From IMG/VR virus record IMGVR_UViG_3300036774_000066, positions 32,001 to 96,000 of that record: a stretch of DNA of 64,000 bases; one strand, written 5' to 3'. The position numbers and the translations under genes are program-made. Under the pieces are notes generated by a model. That model made no database searches, was not told where the DNA came from, and saw nothing but the letters and a program-made list of their open reading frames with translations. Position 1 is the first letter of the stretch; every line of letters starts with the position of its first letter. This stretch comes from a virus. This document shows positions 55,258 to 64,000 of this stretch, piece after piece.

Positions 55258-55486
55258 TCACCTTCTGTCCTCCCGCCAACGTGTGAATCTTTGTATTACC
55301 CTCACTGCAAGGAACATACCGTATTGACGGATGATACCTCGCGGCATCAATCAACTCCTTCACCACCTCTCTCGGAACAGGGGCAACCATGTATTCCCCG
55401 TCACCCAAACACGCCCTTGCAATATCAACTGCTTCTTGTATTTTCATCAGGCTATTCTCCCATGTACGGAACAATCTTCTCCCCAT
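55232..55486 (-). CDS. hypothetical protein (probable start MKIQ)
   Basis: ORF in operon. Confidence 0.4.
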   Translation of the reverse strand: MGRRLFRTWENSLMKIQEAVDIARACLGDGEYMVAPVPREVVKELIDAARYHPSIRYVPCSEGNTKIHTLAGGQKVIVRERERG

Positions 55487-55892
55487 CCCAATACCGAACA
55501 GGCTTACCGTTATACCGAAGATACTTCACCATACGCTGAAAATGACTTGCAGTAAAATTCTTCACTGCCATGTGAGGAGTGAAATATTTCCCCTGCCTAA
55601 CCAAGTGACTACCACCGCAAGTCTCCTCACCTACGGAATCTCCTACTCCAGTATCCCGACAAGCATACATAATATCAGTCAAGAAATGCTTGTTAAACTT
55701 ACGCCAAGCCACAATGCAGAAGGTTATCCTGTTGTAAACTGCTTTTGGATTATCTACATCCTGCTGAAAAATTACCCATGTCGGCATACTTTCCGGGTCT
55801 GCTTTTCCCTTTTCCTCACAAGCCATAGCAGACTCAGAACTTTCATACTCTTCCCCGCATATCTCACAGGCATACTTAGTTATGATCTTCAC
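55452..55892 (-). CDS. hypothetical protein with N-terminal Zn-finger-like motif
   Basis: YACEICG...A.ACE; GGAGG RBS. Confidence 0.55.
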   Translation of the reverse strand: MKIITKYACEICGEEYESSESAMACEEKGKADPESMPTWVIFQQDVDNPKAVYNRITFCIVAWRKFNKHFLTDIMYACRDTGVGDSVGEETCGGSHLVRQGKYFTPHMAVKNFTASHFQRMVKYLRYNGKPVRYWDGEKIVPYMGE

Positions 55893-55961
55893 TGACCCTC
55901 CTTGTACACGTCAAGCAAGGCATCCAATTCCTGATTACATTTTTTCCAGTTGACTCCAAAG

Positions 55962-56546
55962 TTACAAACTCAGGTGCGTAACTATTCTTTTCACCTGTTC
56001 CTTAAACTCCTCAACAGACATTGTATGCTTCATATAATTGCACCGTTTACAACAAGAAACACAGTTTTCTTTTACATAACCAACAGAGTTATCTAATCTG
56101 TCAATACCATTATGGGTTAAAGCAGCATGTCGAATCGCTTCTTCAGAGTACCTTTTTGAGTGTGCCGGTCCATAGGTAGTAACCATACTTGGGGACGCTC
56201 CGCAATAGAAGCAATCAGAAGTAACTATGCCCCTAATCTCTTCATTGGTCAATTCAAATCTTAACCCTCGCACCTCTGCTCCACGTCTATAATTATCTAC
56301 AAAACGATTAAGACCATGCTCACCTTTTCCCTTTCTTGTCCTTTTACTTATAGATAATCTAAGAATGCATCCACAAGATTTAGTTTCCTCGCCATGTCCT
56401 TTTGTCAAATCTTTTGACCGAATTATCTTTTCTTTTCCACAATCACACGCACATAAAAAACAAACACACTTTCCCTTATTCTCCACTCTTCGGAGAACAA
56501 CTAATTTCCCAATTCTCTGCCCAGTCAACTCTATAAATTTCGGCAT
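55962..56546 (-). CDS. HNH homing-endonuclease-like protein
   Basis: ELTGQRIGKLVV...CACDCG...TKSCGC; CFYCG...NGIDRLDNSVGY..NCVSCC..CN.MK. Confidence 0.8.
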   Translation of the reverse strand: MPKFIELTGQRIGKLVVLRRVENKGKCVCFLCACDCGKEKIIRSKDLTKGHGEETKSCGCILRLSISKRTRKGKGEHGLNRFVDNYRRGAEVRGLRFELTNEEIRGIVTSDCFYCGASPSMVTTYGPAHSKRYSEEAIRHAALTHNGIDRLDNSVGYVKENCVSCCKRCNYMKHTMSVEEFKEQVKRIVTHLSL

Positions 56547-56549
56547 ATC

Positions 56550-56987
56550 CTACTCACACAGCTTGTCACAGTAATAGTCATATTTCTTCCAACTAAAGGA
56601 AAGAAATCCAAAAAATACCTTACAGAATAACCATGAGGCAATGTCCCCAGCAACATGACCACGATGATAAGGACAATTCTTATCATAGCCCGCTTCTTGC
56701 GATTTAGGAATTTGTTTCAAGGTATACATTTCTTCATACTTCCGGTCAAAGTCGTCGCATTCTGGTGTTTTCACTCCCATCCACTCGCATATCAACCATT
56801 CAACAATCTCGTGAATGAAAACACCTGCTTCGTACATCCACGCTTCCTTATTAGACAATTCGGGAAACGCCAACTTGTAATCGGTAATCCTGATCTGCAA
56901 TACCCCATTCTCGTCCTCATACCAATCCCCACAAGTTGTAAATCTGTGCTCTCTGTGTGGTATTGTCTTGACATTGATCTTTAACAT
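56550..56987 (-). CDS. hypothetical phage protein with HExxE motif
   Basis: RFTTCGDW...VFIHEIVE...PYH..H. Confidence 0.55.
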   Translation of the reverse strand: MLKINVKTIPHREHRFTTCGDWYEDENGVLQIRITDYKLAFPELSNKEAWMYEAGVFIHEIVEWLICEWMGVKTPECDDFDRKYEEMYTLKQIPKSQEAGYDKNCPYHRGHVAGDIASWLFCKVFFGFLSFSWKKYDYYCDKLCE

Positions 56988-57004
56988 AGCAAGAAATCCT
57001 TTGG

Positions 57005-57268
57005 TTATCCTTTTATGAGAAGAGATACGATCACAACGAGGAGAAAAATCAAAGAGGAGACAAAGCAGACAGACCTATTAGTCAACCGGATATTGTAACT
57101 ATTCCGGTCCTTCCATCCCTCTGCATACCCTATGAAACGGGCATACCTCACCAACGCCTCAAGGTCCGTCTTCTCCTTGTCAAGGTGAAGATGCTGCTTG
57201 TCAACTGCATCTTGAATTATATCAGCCTCAGACATAGCTGAAATAGCAGACTTTCCACCGCCCCTCAT
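57005..57268 (-). CDS. small protein with C-terminal TM helix
   Basis: hydrophobic C-terminus. Confidence 0.45.
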   Translation of the reverse strand: MRGGGKSAISAMSEADIIQDAVDKQHLHLDKEKTDLEALVRYARFIGYAEGWKDRNSYNIRLTNRSVCFVSSLIFLLVVIVSLLIKG

Positions 57269-57582
57269 ACGATGTCCTTGAATTTCACTTCAATTTTATC
57301 AATTACAATATGATTCGCAATAGTTGGAGCTACAATTATGGTTTCCGGCACAACTTCCGACACTTCTACAGAAGCCACAGGAGCCGCCGCAACAACTTCT
57401 GACTCCGTAGTCTTTTCCGACTCCGGCTCCGGCTGCTTGACTTCAACACAGGCAGCACTACGAGGGGCAACCCGACCACATGCAGGGCTTGCACACTGCC
57501 ACGTATGCTCATGCTCCTTGACGTGAGGACAACCTTCCTTACTGACACCGCATGTTGATGCATGAGGACATACGAAATTCAT
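57265..57582 (-). CDS. hypothetical Cys/His-rich protein
   Basis: ORF with AAGGA RBS. Confidence 0.5.
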   Translation of the reverse strand: MNFVCPHASTCGVSKEGCPHVKEHEHTWQCASPACGRVAPRSAACVEVKQPEPESEKTTESEVVAAAPVASVEVSEVVPETIIVAPTIANHIVIDKIEVKFKDIV

Positions 57583-57617
57583 AGACTATCCTTTCTCTTT
57601 ACAGATGTTAAAAACAA

Positions 57618-57830
57618 CTACATTGGAGTCTCCATTGGCCTTCCGCACTTCTGACAAACACGCCCCTCATTTGCACAAGACCTACACGTCACCGCCAAAT
57701 CCTCATGTAAGTCATACGTGCCATGTTCTTTGCACTCAGCAGTTCCTCTCTGCTGAAAAGAAAAAACAGCACGAGAGTAGAGCTTCGTGCAATCATCACA
57801 GAAGATGAAAAAATCTGCTGGCGAGTTCAT
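57618..57830 (-). CDS. Cys-rich Zn-binding protein, paralog of 15406-15624
   Basis: shared Cys/His spacing. Confidence 0.6.
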   Translation of the reverse strand: MNSPADFFIFCDDCTKLYSRAVFSFQQRGTAECKEHGTYDLHEDLAVTCRSCANEGRVCQKCGRPMETPM

Positions 57831-58198
57831 ACGTCCTCCCCGGCCACAGAATCATGATACTCTTGCGGTTCGGAAAAGGGAGAATACTTTTCTCCTGCAT
57901 GAGAAACCGTACCCTTCAATCGCACATTGAGATCACGCAGAGACAGCGACGGAGGAATAGCAGCAACCTTCGCCGCAAAGTCCTCTTGACTCCCACGATT
58001 TACGACACCGGACACATCCTGTACAAGATCGGAGTTCCAAACCGGGCAAGTCCGAAAATTGCACTTGTCAGGCTGAGAAGCCAGGCGATTCTTGCACGAA
58101 ACGTAAAACTTGCCAGGAGTTCCCATGTACCCGAAATGTCGGTCGTCGCAATGCGACTGAAACACATGAAATGGGACAATCTTCTCTGAAACTGACAT
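57827..58198 (-). CDS. hypothetical protein
   Basis: ORF with AGGAG RBS. Confidence 0.5.
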   Translation of the reverse strand: MSVSEKIVPFHVFQSHCDDRHFGYMGTPGKFYVSCKNRLASQPDKCNFRTCPVWNSDLVQDVSGVVNRGSQEDFAAKVAAIPPSLSLRDLNVRLKGTVSHAGEKYSPFSEPQEYHDSVAGEDV

Positions 58199-58213
58199 AC
58201 TCTTCTCCTTTAT

Positions 58214-58420
58214 TTATGCGAAACCTATTGCCATCAACACAACCTCTTCAATCCCATAGACACAACGAGAATCACACTCCTCACACTTGTACTCTCTCGC
58301 ATCCGGCTCTATCCCGGTAACTTTCGCCCCACATGCCAGACAATACCCAACACTCTCTCCAGAACGATATGCCTCTTGCAACTCCTTTACAGGTGGGTAT
58401 TTGTGAGACTCAGAAGTCAT
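58214..58420 (-). CDS. small Zn-ribbon phage protein
   Basis: GYCLACG...IEPDA..YKCEEC...VYG.EE. Confidence 0.6.
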   Translation of the reverse strand: MTSESHKYPPVKELQEAYRSGESVGYCLACGAKVTGIEPDAREYKCEECDSRCVYGIEEVVLMAIGFA

Positions 58421-58436
58421 GCTTTAACTCCCGAAG

Positions 58437-58468
58437 ATAAAAGAAGTGGCTGGCATTACACCAGCCAC
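58437..58468 (-). terminator. probable Rho-independent terminator
   Basis: stem GTGGCTGG/CCAGCCAC followed by TTCTTTT on the minus strand. Confidence 0.6.
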
Positions 58469-58485
58469 GCTCCCCGCCCCACTGC

Positions 58486-59490
58486 TCAAGGAACTGCAAC
58501 CGCAACAGGCTGATTGACATTTACTGTGTCCAACTTGGCACACAGGTCAAAAGCCTTTTCTTTGATCGTCGCACCTGACCCGAACCAGATATTCTCAAGG
58601 CGCGAACTGGACTTTCCAATTGCCCGGTAGTAGTCCACATACTCCACAACCGAATTGTAAAGACCCCACGCGGTCCCTTTGAACTCAGGCAGGTCCGCAC
58701 CCTTAGCCTTTCCCTCAAAAAGTTCCTTGATCGTGTCCCTGACATTGATTGCACGAGTGGAGTTTCCGGTACTTGACGCGGAGGGAACCACGTACTCAAG
58801 GAAGTAGGCAAGCATCGCAGTATCAACCTGAATGGAAGCCATCTTACCAAAGATACCCTCCACCTTCTTAGCCTGTTCCTTGACAAGCCCCAAAATCCGC
58901 AGTCCCTCTTGCAGTCCGGCATCCATACTCTTCGTGTGCCGGACCTTGATGATCTTTGACGCACCGCCGACTGCCATTGACAAAGTATTCTGGCAAACCA
59001 CACGCACATTGGTCAAGGCAGCAGTCACGGAAGAAGTACCGTCATGGGAGTTTGACAGAAGAAGATACTCCTCAACAAGATCATCCTTGCCGATACGAAT
59101 TGAGTCAGGCAATTTCGCCAAGACCCAAATCCGTTGCCCATTGCCAAGTGCGCCCGCCGTATCATACACAGCGGCTTTCGCACCAACCACCGAGTCAAAA
59201 AATGCAAATGCATCCCGATTCTGCAAGGGAAGGTACTGCTTCCCAACATGCCCCAAAATCCCCGGAATCCCTGCCACGTCATCACGCTTCACGAAGTAAT
59301 GATCCGGGGAGGCATCAGCAAAGGAGCCATCAGGCATCGACAAGAAACACGGAGATTTCACCGCATTCCAATCCAGCCCTGCCGCGTGAATTGCATCCTT
59401 CGCGTTGAGAAGCCCCTGTACAATGGTCCCTTCCCCATGCCACGGTACTTTCCCCTGTCCTGAAAACATTGACTGCACGTTCGCTGGCAT
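58486..59490 (-). CDS. DUF932 family phage/plasmid protein (TIGR03299-like)
   Basis: PWHGEG, AGLDW, Y.PLQN..AF.F, TAGAL..G, LLLSNSHDG, VRVVCQNTL, RHT, GTAWGLYN.V.EY. Confidence 0.9.
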   Translation of the reverse strand: MPANVQSMFSGQGKVPWHGEGTIVQGLLNAKDAIHAAGLDWNAVKSPCFLSMPDGSFADASPDHYFVKRDDVAGIPGILGHVGKQYLPLQNRDAFAFFDSVVGAKAAVYDTAGALGNGQRIWVLAKLPDSIRIGKDDLVEEYLLLSNSHDGTSSVTAALTNVRVVCQNTLSMAVGGASKIIKVRHTKSMDAGLQEGLRILGLVKEQAKKVEGIFGKMASIQVDTAMLAYFLEYVVPSASSTGNSTRAINVRDTIKELFEGKAKGADLPEFKGTAWGLYNSVVEYVDYYRAIGKSSSRLENIWFGSGATIKEKAFDLCAKLDTVNVNQPVAVAVP

Positions 59491-59576
59491 ACCAACACCC
59501 CTTTCTTAAAAGTTTGTTTGAGACTCTTACATCATCTCTTTGTCTCTCGCTCATTCCCTACACTCCCTACACTCTA

Positions 59577-59605
59577 AATATAACCTATTTCAAAAGAAAA
59601 GTCAA
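59577..59605 (-). promoter_or_regulatory. sigma70-type early promoter TTGACT-N17-TATATT
   Basis: consensus-like hexamers; A-rich upstream; 17 bp identical to the 63.3-kb copy. Confidence 0.8.
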
Positions 59606-59633
59606 TAGTTTTTGAATCTTTTTTTCTTCCTCT

Positions 59634-60044
59634 CTAAGTCCTTGATTTTTCATCAGGTACAACAGGCTCGTCCGCTGAATATTTATACAACACTTGTAGG
59701 GCAGTCTTAATCTCCTCGAAATTTTCTCTGGTGATCCTCAGTTTCCCGCTATCCGGCAAGTCCTGATACTTCCTCCTCAAAACCTGTTTCCGATACTGCA
59801 CTTCAATCTCGTCTGTCAACGGCTCGTAGTATGTTCTGCTGTGCATTCTCGTACCATCATCACTGCCCACAAGATACCCGTCAGACTTTCTTACAAATCC
59901 CTTAATTGGACTTTCCTTCGTCCCTGCAACCCGAATAATCCATTTCGCATCTGTCTCCCCAAGGATAGTCTTGATAAGAACCGTACTGCCATAATTGACA
60001 GTACAGTAAATCCTATCCCCTATCTTCAAACCAGACAAATCCAT
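59634..60044 (-). CDS. hypothetical protein
   Basis: AGGAGG RBS. Confidence 0.55.
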   Translation of the reverse strand: MDLSGLKIGDRIYCTVNYGSTVLIKTILGETDAKWIIRVAGTKESPIKGFVRKSDGYLVGSDDGTRMHSRTYYEPLTDEIEVQYRKQVLRRKYQDLPDSGKLRITRENFEEIKTALQVLYKYSADEPVVPDEKSRT

Positions 60045-60052
60045 AGTTCCTC

Positions 60053-60385
60053 CTAAAGAACCGTCTTAATCCAACAAAGCGCATCGGGAGGCCACTTGTC
60101 AAGAGAAACCTTCTGGTCAGCCCAATCATACAAGCGACCGAAGTAAACATCAAACGCATCTTTATCATCATCCTCTTCCTCAACAAACCGTTCAAAGTCA
60201 GCCATGATGTCTGTCAAGATCAATGCGGCATGTGAGGCTTCCCCAAACCTCGCCCGGACCTTCGGAAGAAGCTGCCCTTTTATCTTCTCCACAATGTCCT
60301 TAGACAACTCCAAAACGGTTATTTCGTCTCGCTTTGTCCGTTCCCAAACATCCTGTATGTCAAGCTCAAACAACCAATTCGCCAT
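60053..60385 (-). CDS. hypothetical phage protein
   Basis: ORF; FD....LYDWAD...W motif. Confidence 0.55.
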   Translation of the reverse strand: MANWLFELDIQDVWERTKRDEITVLELSKDIVEKIKGQLLPKVRARFGEASHAALILTDIMADFERFVEEEDDDKDAFDVYFGRLYDWADQKVSLDKWPPDALCWIKTVL

Positions 60386-60400
60386 AGCACTTCCCCTTTG

Positions 60401-60877
60401 TTATCTCGTGACTATCAGCCTATTAAACCCCTTATCAAAGTTCTGCGGTTGTTTCCTGTAGTTCCAATTCTCAGTAAATCCTGCCTCTGTGTAAATACCC
60501 ATCGGGTAAACACACATAGCAATAAACTCTGCATCTACCCGGACTTCTCCCCGTACTCTCATGTATGCTTCAACCGTCTCAATCAAAGCAAGTACAGCCC
60601 TTGCAGGCGTATCACAGAATATCAAAACAAGCACCAGTAAAGCACTTGCCTCGAACTTCGGAAGATGAAACACAGCAATTCTCTTTTCCATCAGATCAAT
60701 CAAGTGAGCGTACTTCCGAGTTTCCTCCAACATTCCTTCCAAATCAGCAGTATTCCCTTTGTCCATCAAAGCAATCTTGATAAGCACCGAACTTTCCTCT
60801 TTAGTTAGAGGACGTACCTCATACGGAGTTGTAGCAACCAACGGATAATCAGGGACCATCAAGTTACGCAATGTCAT
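60401..60877 (-). CDS. hypothetical protein
   Basis: GAGGTG RBS. Confidence 0.55.
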   Translation of the reverse strand: MTLRNLMVPDYPLVATTPYEVRPLTKEESSVLIKIALMDKGNTADLEGMLEETRKYAHLIDLMEKRIAVFHLPKFEASALLVLVLIFCDTPARAVLALIETVEAYMRVRGEVRVDAEFIAMCVYPMGIYTEAGFTENWNYRKQPQNFDKGFNRLIVTR

Positions 60878-60903
60878 ACGTCACCTCTCCGGTTAATACG
60901 ATT

Positions 60904-61359
60904 TTATCCTACAAACTTCTTAGATAATGAACCAAGAAGATGCTCTCCTATTCGGCAAGGAGTATTACCCCTCTCATACTGCTCATGCGCAAAGCAAGGA
61001 GTCTCATTGTACCAAGGCATAGCATGAACAGCATAAGAATATTCACCGGGCTTACTCCCTTGTAAATGCTTACACGGACCAATGCCCTCATGGAAAACAA
61101 TATTGCCTTCCACCGGACCCTTTACAGGATCGTCAACAATAGGAACACATAAGCGAATGCAGCAGTAACCGCAATGCAAACAAATCATGTTATCCTCGCT
61201 GTACCATCCAAAACTCGTCACCCCACTCATCCACGTTAGGTACAGGCAAAGCATGACTAAGCATCTCATGAAGTTTCTTATTCTCTTTTTCCAACCTTTC
61301 ATACTCCTCAATGTAAACCCAAACCCCCGCTGGATTTTCCAACATTTCTCGGTTTGCAT
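60904..61359 (-). CDS. YkgJ-like Cys-cluster protein (probable start MICL near 61188)
   Basis: CLHCGYCC...PCKHL...PC. Confidence 0.45.
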   Translation of the reverse strand: MQTEKCWKIQRGFGFTLRSMKGWKKRIRNFMRCLVMLCLYLTWMSGVTSFGWYSEDNMICLHCGYCCIRLCVPIVDDPVKGPVEGNIVFHEGIGPCKHLQGSKPGEYSYAVHAMPWYNETPCFAHEQYERGNTPCRIGEHLLGSLSKKFVG

Positions 61360-61384
61360 AACAAGGCAAATACTTCTTAGGCAT
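61190..61384 (-). CDS. hypothetical protein
   Basis: starts in the duplicated 18-bp initiation module. Confidence 0.45.
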   Translation of the reverse strand: MPKKYLPCYANREMLENPAGVWVYIEEYERLEKENKKLHEMLSHALPVPNVDEWGDEFWMVQRG

Positions 61385-61682
61385 GACCAGACCTTTCATA
61401 TCTTAAAAGATACTCAATATCCTATCCTAAAGAAATACTCAATTGCCGAATGCACGAGAATCAGGTGCGTCTTTGTCCTGAAATATTCATACGGATTGTA
61501 AAGATTCAAAGCAAGTTCCCGGTACATATCCGGGTAGAACTTCTTGACCAACGCATTGACCTTACGTTTGCAAGCTCTCTTCGCTCCCTGCATCAGTCGC
61601 TCCCACTCCGCAGAAGTGCAGTCCACACATCTTGTCTCATACTCTATGGTAACGTCACTGTACTGCATGACCAGACCTTTCA
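61381..61682. repeat. 18-bp exact direct repeat GCATGACCAGACCTTTCA
   Basis: copies at 61381-61398 and 61665-61682, each covering an RBS plus ATG on the minus strand. Confidence 0.8.
61414..61668 (-). CDS. hypothetical phage protein
   Basis: ORF ending VHSAIEYFF; starts in the duplicated module. Confidence 0.55.
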   Translation of the reverse strand: MQYSDVTIEYETRCVDCTSAEWERLMQGAKRACKRKVNALVKKFYPDMYRELALNLYNPYEYFRTKTHLILVHSAIEYFFRIGY

Positions 61683-61966
61683 ATGTCTCGAAGAAAGTTG
61701 CAGACCTTCAACACGGCAGGATACGGGACACAATACTGCATCCCCACAACCTGCATAGAAATATCACCTTCACGAATCCCCTCTTTGTAAAGCTGCTCGG
61801 CAAGGACCGCGAGCGGATCATTCTCAATGACTGCCTGTATCCTTGCCGCAATCTGCTTTTGTGTAGATAGCACTTTTTTTACCTCACCGTATTTGGCATC
61901 CGGCAGGTACTTTTTCACGCTATCTGTCACTCTCTGGATTGTTTTGTCTCTCATTTCATACTCCAC
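61655..61966 (-). CDS. hypothetical protein
   Basis: ORF in operon. Confidence 0.5.
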   Translation of the reverse strand: MEYEMRDKTIQRVTDSVKKYLPDAKYGEVKKVLSTQKQIAARIQAVIENDPLAVLAEQLYKEGIREGDISMQVVGMQYCVPYPAVLKVCNFLRDIERSGHAVQ

Positions 61967-62403
61967 TTTCCGTCAACGATCTTTCCCCTTGGGTAATCTT
62001 TCGGGTCAAGCCCGATGTCCCGAATCGACCCAAGAAGCAGATCATAGTTGTCTTCAATCCGGCTCCCGTGCCGTCGCACATACTCCCCCAACTCGATCTC
62101 TTGTGTGTGACCTACATGGTCAATAATATCCTTGACACACAGAGAAACCTTTGCAGTGACCTCTACCTTGACCCGAACAGCAATAGCCGGAATACTCAGG
62201 CTGTCCACCAAAACCGGGCTTAAAGTCAAGTCCTGCTTAGAAAGGTCTTGTATCGTGTGAATAGCCTCATCGTCGGTCAGGATTACCTTATCCTTGCCAA
62301 CAATAGCCGCGTTGATCTCGGAGAAAGGCAGGTCACATTTCCCGTCCGTCAGACACCGCAATGCAGTTCTCAAATCATAAACCTTGACTTTTGCCATAAA
62401 CAC
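61951..62403 (-). CDS. hypothetical protein
   Basis: ORF in operon. Confidence 0.55.
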   Translation of the reverse strand: MFMAKVKVYDLRTALRCLTDGKCDLPFSEINAAIVGKDKVILTDDEAIHTIQDLSKQDLTLSPVLVDSLSIPAIAVRVKVEVTAKVSLCVKDIIDHVGHTQEIELGEYVRRHGSRIEDNYDLLLGSIRDIGLDPKDYPRGKIVDGKWSMK

Positions 62404-62598
62404 CTACCCCTTTCTTTTAAGATAATTGTGGTATTCCTTCACCATGTCATCTGTATTCTTCCATCCGGCAACCGTCAGAAGGTGATGATCCTGATTGACA
62501 ATCGAAGCAGCACCAGAAATCAAGTCAAGATCATACAACGAGGTAGAAATAGCCTCGTGCTTTTCGTCATACTTTGTAAATGCTCTGTACTTAGGCAC
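62404..62598 (-). CDS. hypothetical protein
   Basis: ORF in operon, GAGG RBS. Confidence 0.5.
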   Translation of the reverse strand: MPKYRAFTKYDEKHEAISTSLYDLDLISGAASIVNQDHHLLTVAGWKNTDDMVKEYHNYLKRKG

Positions 62599-62600
62599 AA

Positions 62601-62795
62601 TTACCTCTTATCAAGCGAGGTAAGGGAATTAGAACACCTCACCCGACTCACCAAAACCCGACTCGTCACAACAGCATCCTTGAAGCACACAACATACTTC
62701 TCCGAATCTGACTCCTCCCGGTCCAACTCCAACCGTATAACAGCATTGGGAGTTCCAGCCGGATAATCCTCGTATCTCTTGACTCTCTTGCTCAT
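62601..62795 (-). CDS. hypothetical protein
   Basis: AAGGAG RBS. Confidence 0.45.
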   Translation of the reverse strand: MSKRVKRYEDYPAGTPNAVIRLELDREESDSEKYVVCFKDAVVTSRVLVSRVRCSNSLTSLDKR

Positions 62796-62866
62796 ACTCT
62801 ATTCTCCTTTCCCATCCACTTATATAAGGCGCAAAATCTATACCTGATATATCAAAGGAAATCCCA

Positions 62867-63250
62867 CTAAACCGCCAAGTCCTTGTCCATAAGGGACATA
62901 AGACGGCTCAAGTCTGTAACGGAGAGAACTTGCTTCCAGTACCTTGTGATTTTTGCCTTGAGTATGGCAAACTGCTTTGCACTCAAGACCCGTCCCGCCT
63001 GAACCTGTCTCGCAAAACTTGACAGGATTTCAGCATCATAGGCACCAAACCCCACCCCATTGTCCTCCACCGTCTTTTCTATCTGCTGTTCTGCTGCTGT
63101 CTGTCGCGCATACACGACCTCCAAAGCCCGGAGTGCCCATCTCGGGTCAGTCCGCAGCTTCCCTTGCACGTACACCGCTATCTGCTTCTTGGTGTACTTC
63201 TTGGCCTTCAAAACAACTTTCTGCGTTCCCGTCTCTACTTGGCTACTCAT
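62867..63250 (-). CDS. conserved hypothetical phage early protein
   Basis: RAL..VY.RQT..EQ....T..NGVGF...DA..LSSFA...LS.KQ...YWKQ; start moved to MSSQ because a promoter lies inside the longer ORF. Confidence 0.6.
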   Translation of the reverse strand: MSSQVETGTQKVVLKAKKYTKKQIAVYVQGKLRTDPRWALRALEVVYARQTAAEQQIEKTVEDNGVGFGAYDAEILSSFARQVQAGRVLSAKQFAILKAKITRYWKQVLSVTDLSRLMSLMDKDLAV

Positions 63251-63274
63251 AACTTCGATCTCCTCTCTACTTCT

Positions 63275-63303
63275 AATATACAACGAATCAAGGGAAAAGT
63301 CAA
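63275..63303 (-). promoter_or_regulatory. sigma70-type early promoter TTGACT-N17-TATATT
   Basis: third copy of the motif, followed by AGGAG RBS. Confidence 0.8.
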
Positions 63304-63351
63304 TAGTTTTCAAAACTTTTTTCTAACCTCTGTAAGTCATTGAAAACAAAT

Positions 63352-63382
63352 AAAAAGGGCAAGAACCTTTCGGCCCATGCCC
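63352..63382 (-). terminator. Rho-independent terminator
   Basis: GGGCA-T-GGGCC-GAAA-GGTTC-T-TGCCC then TTTTT on the minus strand. Confidence 0.75.
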
Positions 63383-63418
63383 CATCACCATTCCACAACA
63401 ACCTTTTAGGAAATAAGG

Positions 63419-64000
63419 CTAAGTCGTACACTCCTTCAAAACTTCCTGCATCGCAGCAACTCCCACAGCATCCCCAGACGATTGACAGTCTGCCATAATT
63501 GACTGAGTATAGCGAGAATGGTAGTGATCCCTAATCAAGTCTTTCTTGCGTGTAAACCACCCTCCAATATGAGGAGGATAGACTACTTCTTTTCCTACTG
63601 CCCGTGCTCCTGTTGAATCCGGGGGAACCTGTGCCACAATATCTCGCCCGTTAATCACACGAGTACAGTCAACAGGAAGCATATTATACTGGTCCCTAAA
63701 GTCCTTCGTCCCTGCCCTTGGACACCCGAAAAAGATTGCTGAGTGTGGTATGTCAAGCTGCTTCCCAACATACCCAGAGCAAAGCGTTCCTAACGCCCCA
63801 CCCCTGGAATGACCTGTAATCAGAAGACTTTTCAGCTTCCAGAACCTCCAAAAACTTCCAGCACTCTTCTTGGTCACATGCTCTACATCTTCCTCACCAA
63901 TAGACTGCTTGATATACTGCAACAAATACTGAGTAACCGAAGGCTCAAAGTATTCCCATGATGTAAAGAATCCCTTATGCACAACATCACTTTCCCATTC
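63419..64000 (-). CDS. class-3 lipase (alpha/beta hydrolase), 5-prime partial
   Basis: VHKGF, TGHSRGGAL nucleophile elbow, FGCPRAG, RVINGRDIVAQVP, DH; frame open to the window edge. Confidence 0.85.
   Translation of the reverse strand, partial: EWESDVVHKGFFTSWEYFEPSVTQYLLQYIKQSIGEEDVEHVTKKSAGSFWRFWKLKSLLITGHSRGGALGTLCSGYVGKQLDIPHSAIFFGCPRAGTKDFRDQYNMLPVDCTRVINGRDIVAQVPPDSTGARAVGKEVVYPPHIGGWFTRKKDLIRDHYHSRYTQSIMADCQSSGDAVGVAAMQEVLKECTT

Noticed and set aside
1-64000. The many other plus-strand ORFs in the track
   Set aside because: They overlap well-supported minus-strand genes, lack recognisable motifs and are expected antisense shadows.
1-64000. Alternative genetic code (stop-codon reassignment) suggested by the many short ORFs
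   Set aside because: Long conserved genes are intact under code 11, all three stops end genes, and the short ORFs have their own RBS and tight overlaps.
1-64000. tRNA genes, reverse transcriptase/DGR, integrase, transposase
   Set aside because: None recognised by eye in intergenic gaps or ORFs; tRNAscan-SE and HMM searches would be needed to exclude them formally.

Overview
64 kb segment of a large dsDNA bacteriophage genome. Essentially all real genes are on the minus strand, tightly packed and read with genetic code 11; the plus-strand ORFs in the track look like antisense shadows. In transcription order (right to left): a class-3 lipase (partial), an early region of small genes behind repeated TTGACT-N17-TATATT promoters (DUF932, HNH endonuclease, methyltransferase), and a replication/recombination/nucleotide block (ATP-dependent ligase, sigma-like factor, GH108 lysozyme, clamp-loader subunits, family-4 UDG, RRM protein, HU-like, probable SSB, RuvC-like, RecA, split SbcC/Rad50 plus SbcD, Tmk-like, ArgA-like GNAT, beta-clamp-like, large radical SAM, NUDIX, TOPRIM primase, two QueC-like proteins, DnaX). 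Next come a 1039-aa beta-helix carbohydrate-active protein and a long accessory region of small hypothetical genes. The standout is at 17071-18546: a solitary Cas7/Csm3-like RAMP gene followed directly by an ~800-nt non-coding array with strict 5-nt periodicity (GT-NNN on the gene strand). One-base phase shifts at a YGGTRR motif cut the array into about 25 blocks. It is a candidate RNA-guided system using an interleaved, non-contiguous guide code, with no CRISPR array or other cas gene in the window. Also seen: attC-like palindromic remnants at 7.0-7.6 kb and three structured intergenic ncRNA candidates. All family calls are from motif recognition by eye; no searches were run.
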